Shown here piece after piece: positions 10,332 to 21,088 of a DNA stretch of 64,000 nt. A model generated the notes under the pieces. That model saw only the letters and a program-made list of their open reading frames with translations. It was not told the DNA's origin and made no database searches. The first letter of the stretch is position 1; every line of letters starts with the position of its first letter. The position numbers and the translations under genes were made by a program. This stretch comes from Sedimentisphaerales bacterium (lineage in GTDB: Bacteria; Planctomycetota; Phycisphaerae; Sedimentisphaerales; SM23-30): positions 1 to 64,000 of the forward strand of contig CAXXMR010000011.1 in assembly GCA_963663805.2 (NCBI GenBank). The letters are read 5' to 3'.

Positions 10332-12866
10332 ATGATGAAAAACCGGTTATTCGCTGCAATCTTGGCCCTGACCTGGGCATTTACAACCTCTGCCTGGGGT
10401 CTGGATGATACTGAAAATGCCTATCCTGATGACAGTATCGAAATGCTTATCATGGGCCGCGATGCCTGGCAGCCTGTGCAGATGCAGGCGCTTGGTTACG
10501 GCAGCGTCAAACTGGACCGTGACGAAAGTATTCAGCGGCTCAGAGAAGGTGCGGTATTCCTCCAGGCCGCCGCTGAGCTGGACCTGCATAACGCCGACGC
10601 CTGGCATGATTTGGCCCGGATATATATGTTCGAAGCGACCAGCGACCCCGGCCGGGCCACCGAAGCGGTCGAGCAGTATCTAACACTCGAACCGGAAGAC
10701 GCGTCCATTCTGCTGGACTGGATGAATTACCGGGTCAATCTGCTGGAAGACCGCGAAAAAAGAGAGTTTTTTCTCAAACAGAACCTCTATATCTTCCAGG
10801 AACACCCCCGCGTCTACAGTGCCGCAGAGTTGCTGCTGGCAAACTTCGCGGAACAAAAAGGCCTGACCGATGAAGCTCGTCAGTGGGCAGGTCTGGCGGC
10901 CAATGCTTACCAATACAATATCAATGCTCTGGCCCAGTGGGTAAGCTACGGCCCGGCCCAACCCAAACCTGAAACTCTCGAAGGTCTTACCGAAGAACAA
11001 ATCGCCAATTATAATGTTCAACTGCAAAATCAGTATTATTTACATATCGCCCGTCGTTGGCGGTTACAGTTGCGTAATAATCCTTACGACCTTAATGCCA
11101 CGCTCAGCCTGATTAACGTACTGGAAAACCTCGGCGAATATCAGCTCGCTCAGGATTACTACCCGCACGCTCTCAAGCTCATGGGGGACGACCCCGCGGC
11201 GGGCCAACTACGTCGCAACCGGCTTATCGGAGCCTGGTCCGGCAAGCAATATAACACCGTAATCGAACTGGCCGAAGCCGCCCGGCATGACGACCCGGAC
11301 CATCCGGTGGTCAATGCCCTGATTGCCAAAGCCTACGACCAGCTGGGCCTCAGTACTGACGCTCAGAATATTCGCCGGAGAATCGCCAACCGTCTCACCG
11401 AAGTTATTCAGGAAACCGACAATCCACCGGCAGACCTGCTCGCTCAGGCCGGCTGGTTCTTCGCTTTTGCCCAGAAAGACCCGGCCCTGGCATTGGAATA
11501 CACCCAGGCTGCCTTTCAGCTTGAGCCCGAACAACAAATGTTCAAATCTCTGTACGCCTACTCCCTGGCCCTGAACGGCCAATATACCGAAGCAGAAAAC
11601 ACGCTCAACGGCGTTCCCGAAAATGACAACACCGCGGCATTGGCATGGAGCATGATTCTCCGCAAAAAAGGTGAAAACGAAAACGCCCTGGCCAAGCTCA
11701 CTAATGCCTTTGCCGGTATGCTGCATGAGGAAATTCAGGCCGCTATCGACCAGCTAAATACAATTCTACAAATCGAGTCTGAAACTGAAGACAATGCTGT
11801 GGCACCGGTTACTTTTATCCAGACACAATTTAACGCCGAGTTCGACAATAAGGATATGGCTTTGGTCGATACCCCGGCGGACTTTCTTCAGTGCGGTCTG
11901 AAACTCACCAAGGATATTTTCTATTTCGACGACCCCATCAAGGTCCAGGTTTATCTGACCAACATCGGGCCCAGCAACTCAACTCTGATAATCGGCCCGC
12001 AAGGTGTCGTACGGGGAGATGTACTCATCACCGCTCAGGTACTGCCCATCTCCGGTTCGACCGCACCCAAAAACCAACCTCTGGAGACCGCCCAAAACCA
12101 ACAGGTCTTCATTTTGTCTAACCTTAATCTGGTCAGCCGTGCGGTTTTGAAAGCGGGGCGTTCTAATACCAGTACTGAATACCTAAACAAGGGACAGCTA
12201 CGACAACTTCTGGTCAACCATCCGCAGCGGACTTATCAGATTACATTCCAGGCTTACCTTGACCCTCTTGTCACTGCCGACGGCCAACTCACCAGCGGCA
12301 TCCCTGACTTGCATCCCCAGCCCATTACAGTTACCCGCAAAGCCTTCGAGCCCAACGCCAAACGGATAAACATGCAAATGCGTCTGCTGCGTACCGGCTC
12401 TGCCAACGAGCGTATCCGGGCCGCGAGTCTGCTGGGTGGATTGCTGCGTGAAAACACCCTCGCCCACCAGGGCAAACTGCGATATCGCGTCCTCGAAATT
12501 GATGCCCCGGCCCTTCAGGATGCCCTGGCCGAAAATCTCAAGCACGACGATGCCAGAGTACGCGGCTGGTCCGCCTGGGCACTTTGTCAGGCTACTCCCG
12601 GCCCGACCTCAACAGCCTGGACCAGACTGCCCGAACTGCTGAGCGATGCCAACTGGTTCACTCGACTGCTGACCGCTGAGGCCTTGCGCAGCAGCGCTGA
12701 CCTTCAGGAATTTTTCGACTGGGCCGCCGCCACTGAGAATAACCCCCTGCTCCAGCGTTACATCACCCTGCGTAACAATCAGCCTTGGAAAATCATCGAA
12801 ATGCCGGTTGAAATACCGGAAAGCCCGGCACCCGAAGAACAAAATACCGAAGAAAAATCTTTCTAA
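10332..12866 (+). CDS. Secreted TPR-repeat protein with Ig-like middle region and C-terminal HEAT repeats
   Basis: Signal peptide MMKNRLFAAILAL...AWG; TPR-like helices; HEAT-like DDARVRGWSAWAL and DANWFTRLLTAEAL. Confidence 0.75.
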   Translation: MMKNRLFAAILALTWAFTTSAWGLDDTENAYPDDSIEMLIMGRDAWQPVQMQALGYGSVKLDRDESIQRLREGAVFLQAAAELDLHNADAWHDLARIYMFEATSDPGRATEAVEQYLTLEPEDASILLDWMNYRVNLLEDREKREFFLKQNLYIFQEHPRVYSAAELLLANFAEQKGLTDEARQWAGLAANAYQYNINALAQWVSYGPAQPKPETLEGLTEEQIANYNVQLQNQYYLHIARRWRLQLRNNPYDLNATLSLINVLENLGEYQLAQDYYPHALKLMGDDPAAGQLRRNRLIGAWSGKQYNTVIELAEAARHDDPDHPVVNALIAKAYDQLGLSTDAQNIRRRIANRLTEVIQETDNPPADLLAQAGWFFAFAQKDPALALEYTQAAFQLEPEQQMFKSLYAYSLALNGQYTEAENTLNGVPENDNTAALAWSMILRKKGENENALAKLTNAFAGMLHEEIQAAIDQLNTILQIESETEDNAVAPVTFIQTQFNAEFDNKDMALVDTPADFLQCGLKLTKDIFYFDDPIKVQVYLTNIGPSNSTLIIGPQGVVRGDVLITAQVLPISGSTAPKNQPLETAQNQQVFILSNLNLVSRAVLKAGRSNTSTEYLNKGQLRQLLVNHPQRTYQITFQAYLDPLVTADGQLTSGIPDLHPQPITVTRKAFEPNAKRINMQMRLLRTGSANERIRAASLLGGLLRENTLAHQGKLRYRVLEIDAPALQDALAENLKHDDARVRGWSAWALCQATPGPTSTAWTRLPELLSDANWFTRLLTAEALRSSADLQEFFDWAAATENNPLLQRYITLRNNQPWKIIEMPVEIPESPAPEEQNTEEKSF

Positions 12867-12883
12867 AAAAACGGAGAATAATT

Positions 12884-13057
12884 ATGGCTGTAAAAGTTGA
12901 CTCAGACAAGTGTAACGCCTGCGGTTCCTGCATGGAAGCCTGCCCCACCGAAGCACTCGGCATGGGCGAAGACTGTGTTATTATCAATAGCGAGGCCTGC
13001 ATTGATTGCGGCGTTTGCGTGGACGAATGTCCCTCTGAGGCTCTTTCTCTGGATTGA
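12884..13057 (+). CDS. 2[4Fe-4S] ferredoxin (57 aa; absent from the ORF track)
   Basis: GGAGA RBS; MAVKVDSDKCNACGSCMEACPTEALGMGEDCVIINSEACIDCGVCVDECPSEALSLD with two CxxCxxCxxxCP motifs. Confidence 0.95.
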   Translation: MAVKVDSDKCNACGSCMEACPTEALGMGEDCVIINSEACIDCGVCVDECPSEALSLD

Positions 13058-13084
13058 CCCGCCCCGATTGACTGAACGCGATTA

Positions 13085-14131
13085 TTATTCCCGTGTCGCC
13101 AGCATAGCTTCCAGCTTCCGCAGTGAAGCTATGGCCCGGCCCAGCGGTTTCAAATAGGGATGCACCGCCAGGATTTCATTTTCATCCAAGGGATTATCAC
13201 TCTTGCGATAAGCTGCCAATACCGCGACACAGCCCGATTCGCACTGCACCGGCGTGGCCATTATCGAAAGCCCCGCCAGAGTTTCTTTCTCAGCGGCACC
13301 GATACGAGCATGATTTCCCGCATCGTCAATCCGACATTCTCTGCCACTAACCAAAACTTCGCGGACCACGGTGGAGCCCAGGGCCTCTTCCAGCTCCTCA
13401 ATATCAACTTCGCCGGAGCACCACGAGCTGGTGATATGAGCCTCGAATTCCGAGGTATCCGTCAGATAAATTGCCAGATTCGCGTCGGCCATACAACCGC
13501 GGAACTCCCGCAGCGAACGATGCAGCAGCAAATTCAGGTCATATTCATCCATCAGCGAATTTTGATATTCATAAACGCCCCGCAAAGTATGGAGCACATT
13601 CGTAAGCTCGATATTGGAGCTGACCAGATCGCTGCAAACCAAATCTATCTTGTCACGCAGCCGACGACGGCGATGATTCAGCGTCCGACACAAAGTACGA
13701 ACCTTTTCATAACGACGTATCGTCGTTAGCCGGGCCCGGCAACGCTGTAACGAAGATTCCAGCACTGAAACAAGTTGTTCGGCATTAAAGCTCATTCCCA
13801 GAATGCCATCAAAACCCACTTTAGCGGCTTCTATAGCACCTTCCAGGCTATCGTCAGTAAGGACCGCTATAATCGCCAGGCCGCAATTAACCCGCTCGTA
13901 TGCCCCGCCTTTTATTTTACGCAGCTCGTCCAGCCCCGCAGGAATCAGCACCACATCCGCGACAATATCGCCCCGGCCAATCCGAGCCATAATTTCGCTC
14001 AAATCAGTCGTACTATCCCGGTCACTCATCCGAAACCGGGTATTACCGGCCAGCTGTCCCTGTAAGTTATTTTCCGGCTCACCCGTCAAAAAACTCAGGA
14101 TTTCCGTATAATGTGAACTGCTCTCTGTCAA
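13085..14131 (-). CDS. Degenerate receiver + coiled coil + GAF-like domain protein
   Basis: REC-like AIIAVLTDDSLEGAIEAAKVGFDGIL; coiled linker; GAF-like SIMATPV...VAVLAAYR. Confidence 0.65.
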   Translation of the reverse strand: MTESSSHYTEILSFLTGEPENNLQGQLAGNTRFRMSDRDSTTDLSEIMARIGRGDIVADVVLIPAGLDELRKIKGGAYERVNCGLAIIAVLTDDSLEGAIEAAKVGFDGILGMSFNAEQLVSVLESSLQRCRARLTTIRRYEKVRTLCRTLNHRRRRLRDKIDLVCSDLVSSNIELTNVLHTLRGVYEYQNSLMDEYDLNLLLHRSLREFRGCMADANLAIYLTDTSEFEAHITSSWCSGEVDIEELEEALGSTVVREVLVSGRECRIDDAGNHARIGAAEKETLAGLSIMATPVQCESGCVAVLAAYRKSDNPLDENEILAVHPYLKPLGRAIASLRKLEAMLATRE

Positions 14132-14169
14132 AATCTTATACTTCCAAAAACTTTCACACTAATTACAAG

Positions 14170-16470
14170 TTACTCGTGTGCACTGTCCATTTCCGGGCCA
14201 CTGCCAATCTGGGCGATGGGCAGGGTCATTCGCGCGACCGTACCGCTTTTATGTTCGCTGACCAGGCTCAGTCTGCCGCCGCTGCCTTCGACATACTGAC
14301 TGCTCCGGCTAAGTCCCAGACCGCGACCGCGACCTGCCACCCGCGCCGAAAAGAACGGGTCAAATGCCTTACGCAGCGTTTCGTCATTCATACCGCAGCC
14401 CTGGTCGATTACTTCCAGAATCACTTCGCTGTCGAGCTCGCAATATGTCCCGGTTATCTCCACCGCACCGGCCTTGCCGCCATAAGCATGAACTGCGTTA
14501 TTGATTAGCTCGCTCAAAGCCCAGCAAATCTGTTCCGGGTCAACAAAAACCTCCGGCAGTCCATCCTGAAGTTTAACCTGAACTTGTCTCTTACTTTCAC
14601 CCAGTCTTTCCTGCACGCCGTCCACAGCTCGCTCAATCAACTGGCCGATTTGCGTCACGGTCGGCCGAGGGGGCACGGGCTTGGCGAACTCCATCAAATC
14701 ACTAATGATTCGCGAAGTTTCCTGTCCTTGCCGGGCGATGTTTTCCAGCATCCCCTTACGTTTCTCGTCCGGTTCCGATGAAGCCAGGAACTGAGCCCTT
14801 CCGACCACTATCGACAAAGGATTATTTATTTCATGTGCCGCTCCGCAAGCCATCTCACCCACCGCGGCTAAACTGCGTTTCTGAAGCAGTTCACGCTGAG
14901 CCTCATGCAGCATCTGATTGGCCTGAGCTAACTGCTCGGTAAGATTACTTTGCTCCTCCACACGAATCGCCTGTGAAATCGCCAAAGCCGCGTGCGAAGC
15001 GAAATCCTGAAGCTCTTTCAGATTCCGTTTATAACCTTCAAGTCCTTGTTTGTCGCCCTCCGGTAACACCCAAAGCAAAGCACCTACCTGATTATCACCG
15101 ACAACCAGCGGAAATCTCATCGTACAGGCCATATCAAACATTGGAGCGACCTGCTCAAAAAACCACGGCTCACTCAACCGGGCGGCACTCAATTCAAAAC
15201 CACTGCCCTGCTGCAAATTATTGTCCGCGGCGTCCGGGTCGTCAACCCGGTCAACGAGAAATACCGAACCATCATCCTCATTGCCCACCCGAATCGAACC
15301 TTCCACAATCAGCCCATCCGAACTCTGAGCGTAAACCGCCGTCGGGGCTGAATTATTATATTTCTGCCATAATTCCGCCAAAGAATCACAAACCGACGTA
15401 ATTGATTTACTGTTCGGCAAGGCCTGATTCAAATCACTTATCATATCCAGATAGCGGCTGCGTGTCAGAAGTTTTTCGGTACTCTGACGCATCTTCTGAT
15501 TCAGCACGCCCAGTTCTCGATTCGCCTGCGTCAGAGCCTCATGATAAAGCTCTTCCGGTTCCGGCACATCCAGCCCCAGCATCACCGAACGTTCGCCAAT
15601 CTCTTCCCGCAGCGCCCGCGAAATCTGTTGAATCGCGGCTTCCGGACATTTCAGACGATTGCCCACCGTCACCGCCGAGTCGGAAAGATTGTGATTACCC
15701 GAATAACCTATCCGCTGCTCACGGACCATCAGGTCAGCTAAATATATGGTCTGAATTATGCTGCGATAACCAATCTGCTCCGGCAGAGCCATTGGGTCTT
15801 GATGATGAAGCCAGACCGTCTCAGCAATGGCCTGCGGAAAGTTCCATTTTTCCGCCAGCCGTTTGCCCGCGACAGTATGATCAACACCAAGAATTCGCTG
15901 CTCAACCCGAGCGATATTACCCAGCGATGATTCGGTCAACTGCACCACTCGCTCAAAACTTTTTGGTAATGTCGAATCCAGGGCGACCTTGCCCATGTCG
16001 TGCAGCAGACCACAAACGAAAGCCTCCTCCGGGTCAACCTTACCGTCGATATGCTTTATCAACATTTTCGCCGCACAAGCAACCGCCAGACTATGACGCC
16101 AGAATTCCACCCGGTCGAACACCCCCGATTCCTGCTGTTTATTCCCACCCAGGGCCTCAAACACTTTGATACTCAACACGGCGTTGCGAACCGCGTCAAA
16201 ACCCAGCAGCACCACCGCCCGACTCAACGAAGCCGTCGCCTTACCCGAAACCCCGCGACTGGCCCGCGTCGCCAACGCGATTATTTTACTGGTCAGCGAC
16301 GGGTCCGACTCAATCATCCGCACCACTTCTTCAGCCTGCGTGTTACTGCTAACTGTAAGATGCAGCAACCGGGCTGCGATAGCCGGCAAAGTCGGCAGAG
16401 AATCAAGCTGCTGTAAAACCAGCTCGATCTTCTTGCTCTTAGCCCGGTCCATAGTGGGTGCTTGATTCAT
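14170..16470 (-). CDS. HDOD-domain histidine kinase
   Basis: LPTLP, DPSLTSKII, FWRHSLAVA, GLLHDMGK (HDOD); AHEINNPL, DQGCGM, FDPFFS, GRGLGL. Confidence 0.92.
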   Translation of the reverse strand: MNQAPTMDRAKSKKIELVLQQLDSLPTLPAIAARLLHLTVSSNTQAEEVVRMIESDPSLTSKIIALATRASRGVSGKATASLSRAVVLLGFDAVRNAVLSIKVFEALGGNKQQESGVFDRVEFWRHSLAVACAAKMLIKHIDGKVDPEEAFVCGLLHDMGKVALDSTLPKSFERVVQLTESSLGNIARVEQRILGVDHTVAGKRLAEKWNFPQAIAETVWLHHQDPMALPEQIGYRSIIQTIYLADLMVREQRIGYSGNHNLSDSAVTVGNRLKCPEAAIQQISRALREEIGERSVMLGLDVPEPEELYHEALTQANRELGVLNQKMRQSTEKLLTRSRYLDMISDLNQALPNSKSITSVCDSLAELWQKYNNSAPTAVYAQSSDGLIVEGSIRVGNEDDGSVFLVDRVDDPDAADNNLQQGSGFELSAARLSEPWFFEQVAPMFDMACTMRFPLVVGDNQVGALLWVLPEGDKQGLEGYKRNLKELQDFASHAALAISQAIRVEEQSNLTEQLAQANQMLHEAQRELLQKRSLAAVGEMACGAAHEINNPLSIVVGRAQFLASSEPDEKRKGMLENIARQGQETSRIISDLMEFAKPVPPRPTVTQIGQLIERAVDGVQERLGESKRQVQVKLQDGLPEVFVDPEQICWALSELINNAVHAYGGKAGAVEITGTYCELDSEVILEVIDQGCGMNDETLRKAFDPFFSARVAGRGRGLGLSRSSQYVEGSGGRLSLVSEHKSGTVARMTLPIAQIGSGPEMDSAHE

Positions 16471-16555
16471 ACGACCGTTTGCTCAAAAAAAATCCGCTCT
16501 AATTCGCGAAATATAAGTTTCAGTTGCCACGTCCTTATGCCTTATTGCTTAAAAA

Positions 16556-17161
16556 TCAAACCGCCAGCAACTCACTCATCTTGCCTACCAAATCGTCGAT
16601 ACTGAAAGGTTTTTTCAAAAACGCGTCAGCCCCAACCTCCAGCAGATGGTCGATTTCTTCCCGGTTGATTACCCCACTGACAATAATAATTTTCATGTGT
16701 TCAAACGAAGGATTCTGCCGAATGGTCTTGCAAACCACATTACCGTTCACGTCCGGCAGCATATAATCCAGAATCATCAGGTCAGGTCTAATCTCCTGAG
16801 TCAGCACTCCGGCATCATAGCCACTACCAGCGGTGCGTACCTCAAACCTGCCGTCCCGCTCCAGCACATCCACCATCAATTCCACGATTTCCGGGTCATC
16901 ATCTACAATCAGAATCTTGCGACGGTCCGTATCCAGCAAATCCAAGGGAATATCATTTTCCTTCATGAACTTAATCAGGCTCTCCCGCGGTATCCGCCGA
17001 AAACGCGAACCCGGTACGCGAAACCCCTGCAAACGACCCGAATCGAAACAGCGGATTATTGTCTGCTGGCTGACCTTACAGATGCCCGCGGCCTCACCTG
17101 TGCTGAATACATTTTTCATGCTCACATTACGGTCCGGTTCGGACCCGGTTGTGTTACTCAT
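16556..17161 (-). CDS. Response regulator with N-terminal excisionase/MerR-like HTH
   Basis: FSTGEAAGICKVSQQTIIRCFDSGRL...RRIPR; ILIVDDD, LMILDYMLPD, KKPF. Confidence 0.92.
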   Translation of the reverse strand: MSNTTGSEPDRNVSMKNVFSTGEAAGICKVSQQTIIRCFDSGRLQGFRVPGSRFRRIPRESLIKFMKENDIPLDLLDTDRRKILIVDDDPEIVELMVDVLERDGRFEVRTAGSGYDAGVLTQEIRPDLMILDYMLPDVNGNVVCKTIRQNPSFEHMKIIIVSGVINREEIDHLLEVGADAFLKKPFSIDDLVGKMSELLAV

Positions 17162-17644
17162 CCTTATATGCTCCACCAGGCGTATTTTAAGCTACAATAT
17201 TACCTAAGTTTCCTAAATTAACTATCGACTCCATTTTCCGACAACTTGAATTTCGCGACCTCTAACCTCTGTAACAGCCAAATATTTAACTAATTGCATT
17301 CAAAGGTACACCCAAACACGCCCCGAATAGGCACTCTAACCGACCGATAATAAAATAGTTATAAATATCAGGCCTGCCGCTGCCTAACTAATCCCGGCAA
17401 CGTCCTGATAACTACCTCATAATTTAAATCAAACGATTGCAGGACGCTTCAAAATCTCAACCGTTTTAACATTATTGTCCCAAATTCCTCAATTACCTCT
17501 AAATCCTCAACTGAGACCTTGATTTTTAGGCCTTTCAGGGTCATAATGTTTGGTTCGACCGGCCCGCTGGATTGATATATCTTTCGGCCCGGCAAGGAGT
17601 AACGGCAATTTAGGCCTAAAAGTGCTAGTTGGAGACACATTATA

Positions 17645-20600
17645 ATGTTCAAACCGGTTGACTCATCATGCGATCATATCGCCATGGAACACGATATTCT
17701 CAAATTCTGGCAGGATAGCCGGGCTTTCGACAAACTCCGGGCGAAAAACGCCGGCAAGGAGCCCTGGTCCTTTCTGGACGGTCCCATAACCGCCAATAAC
17801 CCCATGGGCGTTCATCATGCCTGGGGCCGAACGCTCAAAGACTGCTATAACCGCTATCACGCCATGCTCGGTCGGGAACTGCGCTATCAGAACGGTTTCG
17901 ATTGTCAGGGACTCTGGGTCGAGGTCGAAGTCGAAAAAGAAATGGGCTACGGCGCTAAAGCTGACATCGAGCGGGCGGGCATGGAAACTTTTATTAACCA
18001 GTGCAAGGCCCGGGCGGAGAAATATTCGGGGATACAGACCGAACAGTCGATTCGGCTGGGCTACTGGATGGACTGGGACAATAGCTACTATACGATGAGC
18101 GATGAGAACAATTATACTATCTGGTCGTTCCTCAAGAAATGCCACGAACGCGGCCTGATTTATAAAGGGCTGGACTCGATGCCCTGGTGCCCGCGTTGCG
18201 AGACGGGGCTTTCCGATATGGAAAAGCGAGAAGGTTATAAAAACGTGGAAGACACCGCCTTGTTTGTCCGCTTCCCCCTGGTCGGTCGCGATAATGAATA
18301 CCTGCTCATCTGGACGACAACACCCTGGACACTGGCAGCTAATGTCGCGGCGGCGGTTAATCCGGAATTGAAATATGTTAAGGTTAAACAGGGTGAGGAC
18401 ATTTATTACCTGGCGGAAACGCTGGTCGGCATCCTCAAAGAAAAAGGCAAACACGAAGTACTCGAAACCATCACCGGCAAAGACATGCTGGGCTGGGAAT
18501 ATACCGGGCCTTTTGATGACCTGGAAATTGTGGGACAGACATTTGCCGAAGCCGATTACCAACATCACGTTATCGCCTGGGAAGAAGTATCCGCGACCGA
18601 CGGCGTGGGCATTGTCCATATCGCCCCCGGTTGCGGCAAAGACGACTTCGACCTCGGCAAAGAGCTTGGCCTGCCGATTCTCATGCCTATTGATGAGACG
18701 GGGACTTATTATAATGGTTACGGTTTCCTCACCGGCCAAGGAGCCAGCGAAGTCGCTGAGCAAGTCATCGCTGACCTGCGAGAAAACGGCTTCTACTACA
18801 AGAAAGAACTATACGCTCACGATTACCCGCATTGCTGGCGGTGCCAGACCCCGCTGCTATTCCGTACCGTCGATGAATGGTACATCAACATGGAATGGCG
18901 ACAGGACATCATGGAAGTTGTCGATAAGATTCGCTGGATTCCCTCCTGGGGCAAAGACCTGGAGCTGAACTGGCTGGAAAATATGCACGACTGGATGATT
19001 AGCAAAAAACGCTTCTGGGGACTGGCGCTGCCGATCTTCGAATGCGAAAATGAAGAATGTGACTGGTTTGATGTCATCGGCGGCAAAGAAGAACTCCAGT
19101 TCAAGTGCGTATCGGGCTGGGAAAAATTCGAAGGACAAAGTCCGCACCGTCCCTGGGTGGATAATATCCGCATCAAATGCGAAAAGTGCGGCGGCACGGC
19201 TAAGCGTATCGAAGACGTGGGTAATCCCTGGCTCGATGCCGGTATCGTCCCTTATTCAACCGTGAAGTATAACACCAACCGCGAATACTGGGAGAAGTGG
19301 ATGCCGGCGGACCTCGTGCTGGAATGTTTTCCGGGACAGTTTCGCAACTGGTTCTACGCCCTGCTCTCGATGAGTACCATGATGGAAAATATACCGCCCT
19401 TCAAAACCCTGCTGGGCCACGCTTTGGTACGCGATGAAAAGGGGCAGGAAATGCACAAATCCACCGGCAACGCTATCTGGTTCGACGAAGCCGTCGAAAA
19501 AATGGGTGCCGACGTTATGCGCTGGATTTACTGCGGCCAGAACCCGACCAATAATCTCAATTTCGGCTATCATATCGGCGAGCAGGTCAACCGCCGCGTA
19601 TTTAATACTTGGTGGAACGTTTACAGCTTCTTCGTCAACTATGCCCGGCTCGACGGTTTCGACCCCAACGCTGAGCCTGTCCCCTATGACAAACTTCAGG
19701 ACATCGACCGCTGGCTGTTGAGTAAGCTTCAGGTACTCATCGAGGTTGCCAATAAATCTTTGTCAAACTTTGAAGTACAGACCATGATTGGCTGTGCCGA
19801 CGATTTTATAGAGCGGCTAAGCAACTGGTATGTCAGGCGCTGCCGACGGCGTTTCTGGCGGCCCAAGAACGAAAGCGATACCGACAAGCTGGCCGCTTAC
19901 CAGACACTCTATCGCGTATTAACCGACCTGTGCAAAATCCTCGCCCCCATCACGCCTTTCGGTGCCGAACGTATGTACCAGAATCTGGTGCGTTCCTTCG
20001 ACCAAAACGCTCCCGAAAGCGTACATCATTGTGATTATCCGCAATATGACGAGGCCCTGGCAAACGAACAGCTCGCCGCGGATGTGGACCTTATCGCCGA
20101 CACCGTCAGTCGCGTACTCAGTGTTCGCGAAACCCGCCAACTGCGGGTGCGTCAGCCGTTGAAACGCCTCATCGCTGTGGGCGACGAACAGGTAGGCTCA
20201 GTCCTCAAGCGTTTCCAGAGCCACATTCTCGACGAACTTAATATCAAAGCGATTGAGATTGTCGAAAGCCTGGATAACTACGTTAAATATGAAATCAAGC
20301 CCAACCATAAAACTCTCGGTCCCAAGTTCGGCAAAGACATGAAGGCCATCACTCAGGCGTTGGCTCAGGCGGATGCTCAGCCCATCGCTCAGGCCGTCGC
20401 CTCCGGTAGTGAATTTACGCTCGACGGCGGCGACGCGGGCAGTTGGACACTTGCCGCCGAAGATGTGGTAGTGGACAAACAGCTTTCCGAAACGCTCGTC
20501 CTCAGCGAAAATGATACCCCCGCCCTGCTGGTCGATATCGAAATGACCCCCGAACTGCTCCGCGAAGGCTACGCCCGCGACGTCGTTCGTCATATCCAGC

Positions 20601-20821
20601 AGCTGCGCAAAGACAGCGGCCTGGAAATCCAGGACCACATCCGCGTCATCTGGAACAGCGACGAAGCCCCCCTCGCCGAAGCCGTGCGGGAACACGCCAG
20701 GTACATCGCCGGCGAAACGCTTTGTGATGAACTAAGTGAAACCGCCGACATCCAGTCACTGGCCACTGAGCTCAAAATCGGCAAACTAACCCTAAAGGTG
20801 AAACTGGAAAAAACGGCCTGA
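17645..20821 (+). CDS. ileS: Isoleucine--tRNA ligase
   Basis: DGPITAN..GVHH (HIGH-like), GFDCQGL, WTTTPWTL, DWMISKKRFWG, EMHKS (KMSKS-like), LSNWYVRR. Confidence 0.97.
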   Translation: MFKPVDSSCDHIAMEHDILKFWQDSRAFDKLRAKNAGKEPWSFLDGPITANNPMGVHHAWGRTLKDCYNRYHAMLGRELRYQNGFDCQGLWVEVEVEKEMGYGAKADIERAGMETFINQCKARAEKYSGIQTEQSIRLGYWMDWDNSYYTMSDENNYTIWSFLKKCHERGLIYKGLDSMPWCPRCETGLSDMEKREGYKNVEDTALFVRFPLVGRDNEYLLIWTTTPWTLAANVAAAVNPELKYVKVKQGEDIYYLAETLVGILKEKGKHEVLETITGKDMLGWEYTGPFDDLEIVGQTFAEADYQHHVIAWEEVSATDGVGIVHIAPGCGKDDFDLGKELGLPILMPIDETGTYYNGYGFLTGQGASEVAEQVIADLRENGFYYKKELYAHDYPHCWRCQTPLLFRTVDEWYINMEWRQDIMEVVDKIRWIPSWGKDLELNWLENMHDWMISKKRFWGLALPIFECENEECDWFDVIGGKEELQFKCVSGWEKFEGQSPHRPWVDNIRIKCEKCGGTAKRIEDVGNPWLDAGIVPYSTVKYNTNREYWEKWMPADLVLECFPGQFRNWFYALLSMSTMMENIPPFKTLLGHALVRDEKGQEMHKSTGNAIWFDEAVEKMGADVMRWIYCGQNPTNNLNFGYHIGEQVNRRVFNTWWNVYSFFVNYARLDGFDPNAEPVPYDKLQDIDRWLLSKLQVLIEVANKSLSNFEVQTMIGCADDFIERLSNWYVRRCRRRFWRPKNESDTDKLAAYQTLYRVLTDLCKILAPITPFGAERMYQNLVRSFDQNAPESVHHCDYPQYDEALANEQLAADVDLIADTVSRVLSVRETRQLRVRQPLKRLIAVGDEQVGSVLKRFQSHILDELNIKAIEIVESLDNYVKYEIKPNHKTLGPKFGKDMKAITQALAQADAQPIAQAVASGSEFTLDGGDAGSWTLAAEDVVVDKQLSETLVLSENDTPALLVDIEMTPELLREGYARDVVRHIQQLRKDSGLEIQDHIRVIWNSDEAPLAEAVREHARYIAGETLCDELSETADIQSLATELKIGKLTLKVKLEKTA

Positions 20822-20871
20822 GCCGGTCGTTTTCACACTCAAAACGAGGACCCGGCGGGGAGAAAGACCAT

Positions 20872-20967
20872 GGCTTAATTGAAATGACCATTCCTGACAA
20901 ACCTAACAGCCGCAACCAGAAATACCGTTTGACCGCCAGGGCCAAACATTTTATGGAGAGTAGCTGA
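20872..20967 (+). pseudogene. C-terminal remnant of a Fic-like or ATP-binding protein winged-helix tail
   Basis: GLIEMTIPDKPNSRNQKYRLT... to a stop, with no upstream gene body. Confidence 0.65.
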
Positions 20968-21088
20968 TCAGTAATTGCGACAAACTTACGACATAGCTTA
21001 CGACACGCCGGTTAGAATTCCATTGCCAATCGTTAACCCGCCAGTTAACCCCAATTTCTCACTAATGGGTCAAAAACGTTAAAAATAA

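Noticed and set aside
17180..17644. T-box or other leader before ileS
   Set aside because: No T-box consensus or terminator/antiterminator pair seen
17666..18763. 365-aa minus-strand ORF and other long overlapping ORFs (e.g. 28210..28980, 32369..33235, 15402..16169)
   Set aside because: Antisense to well-supported genes, with no motifs of their own
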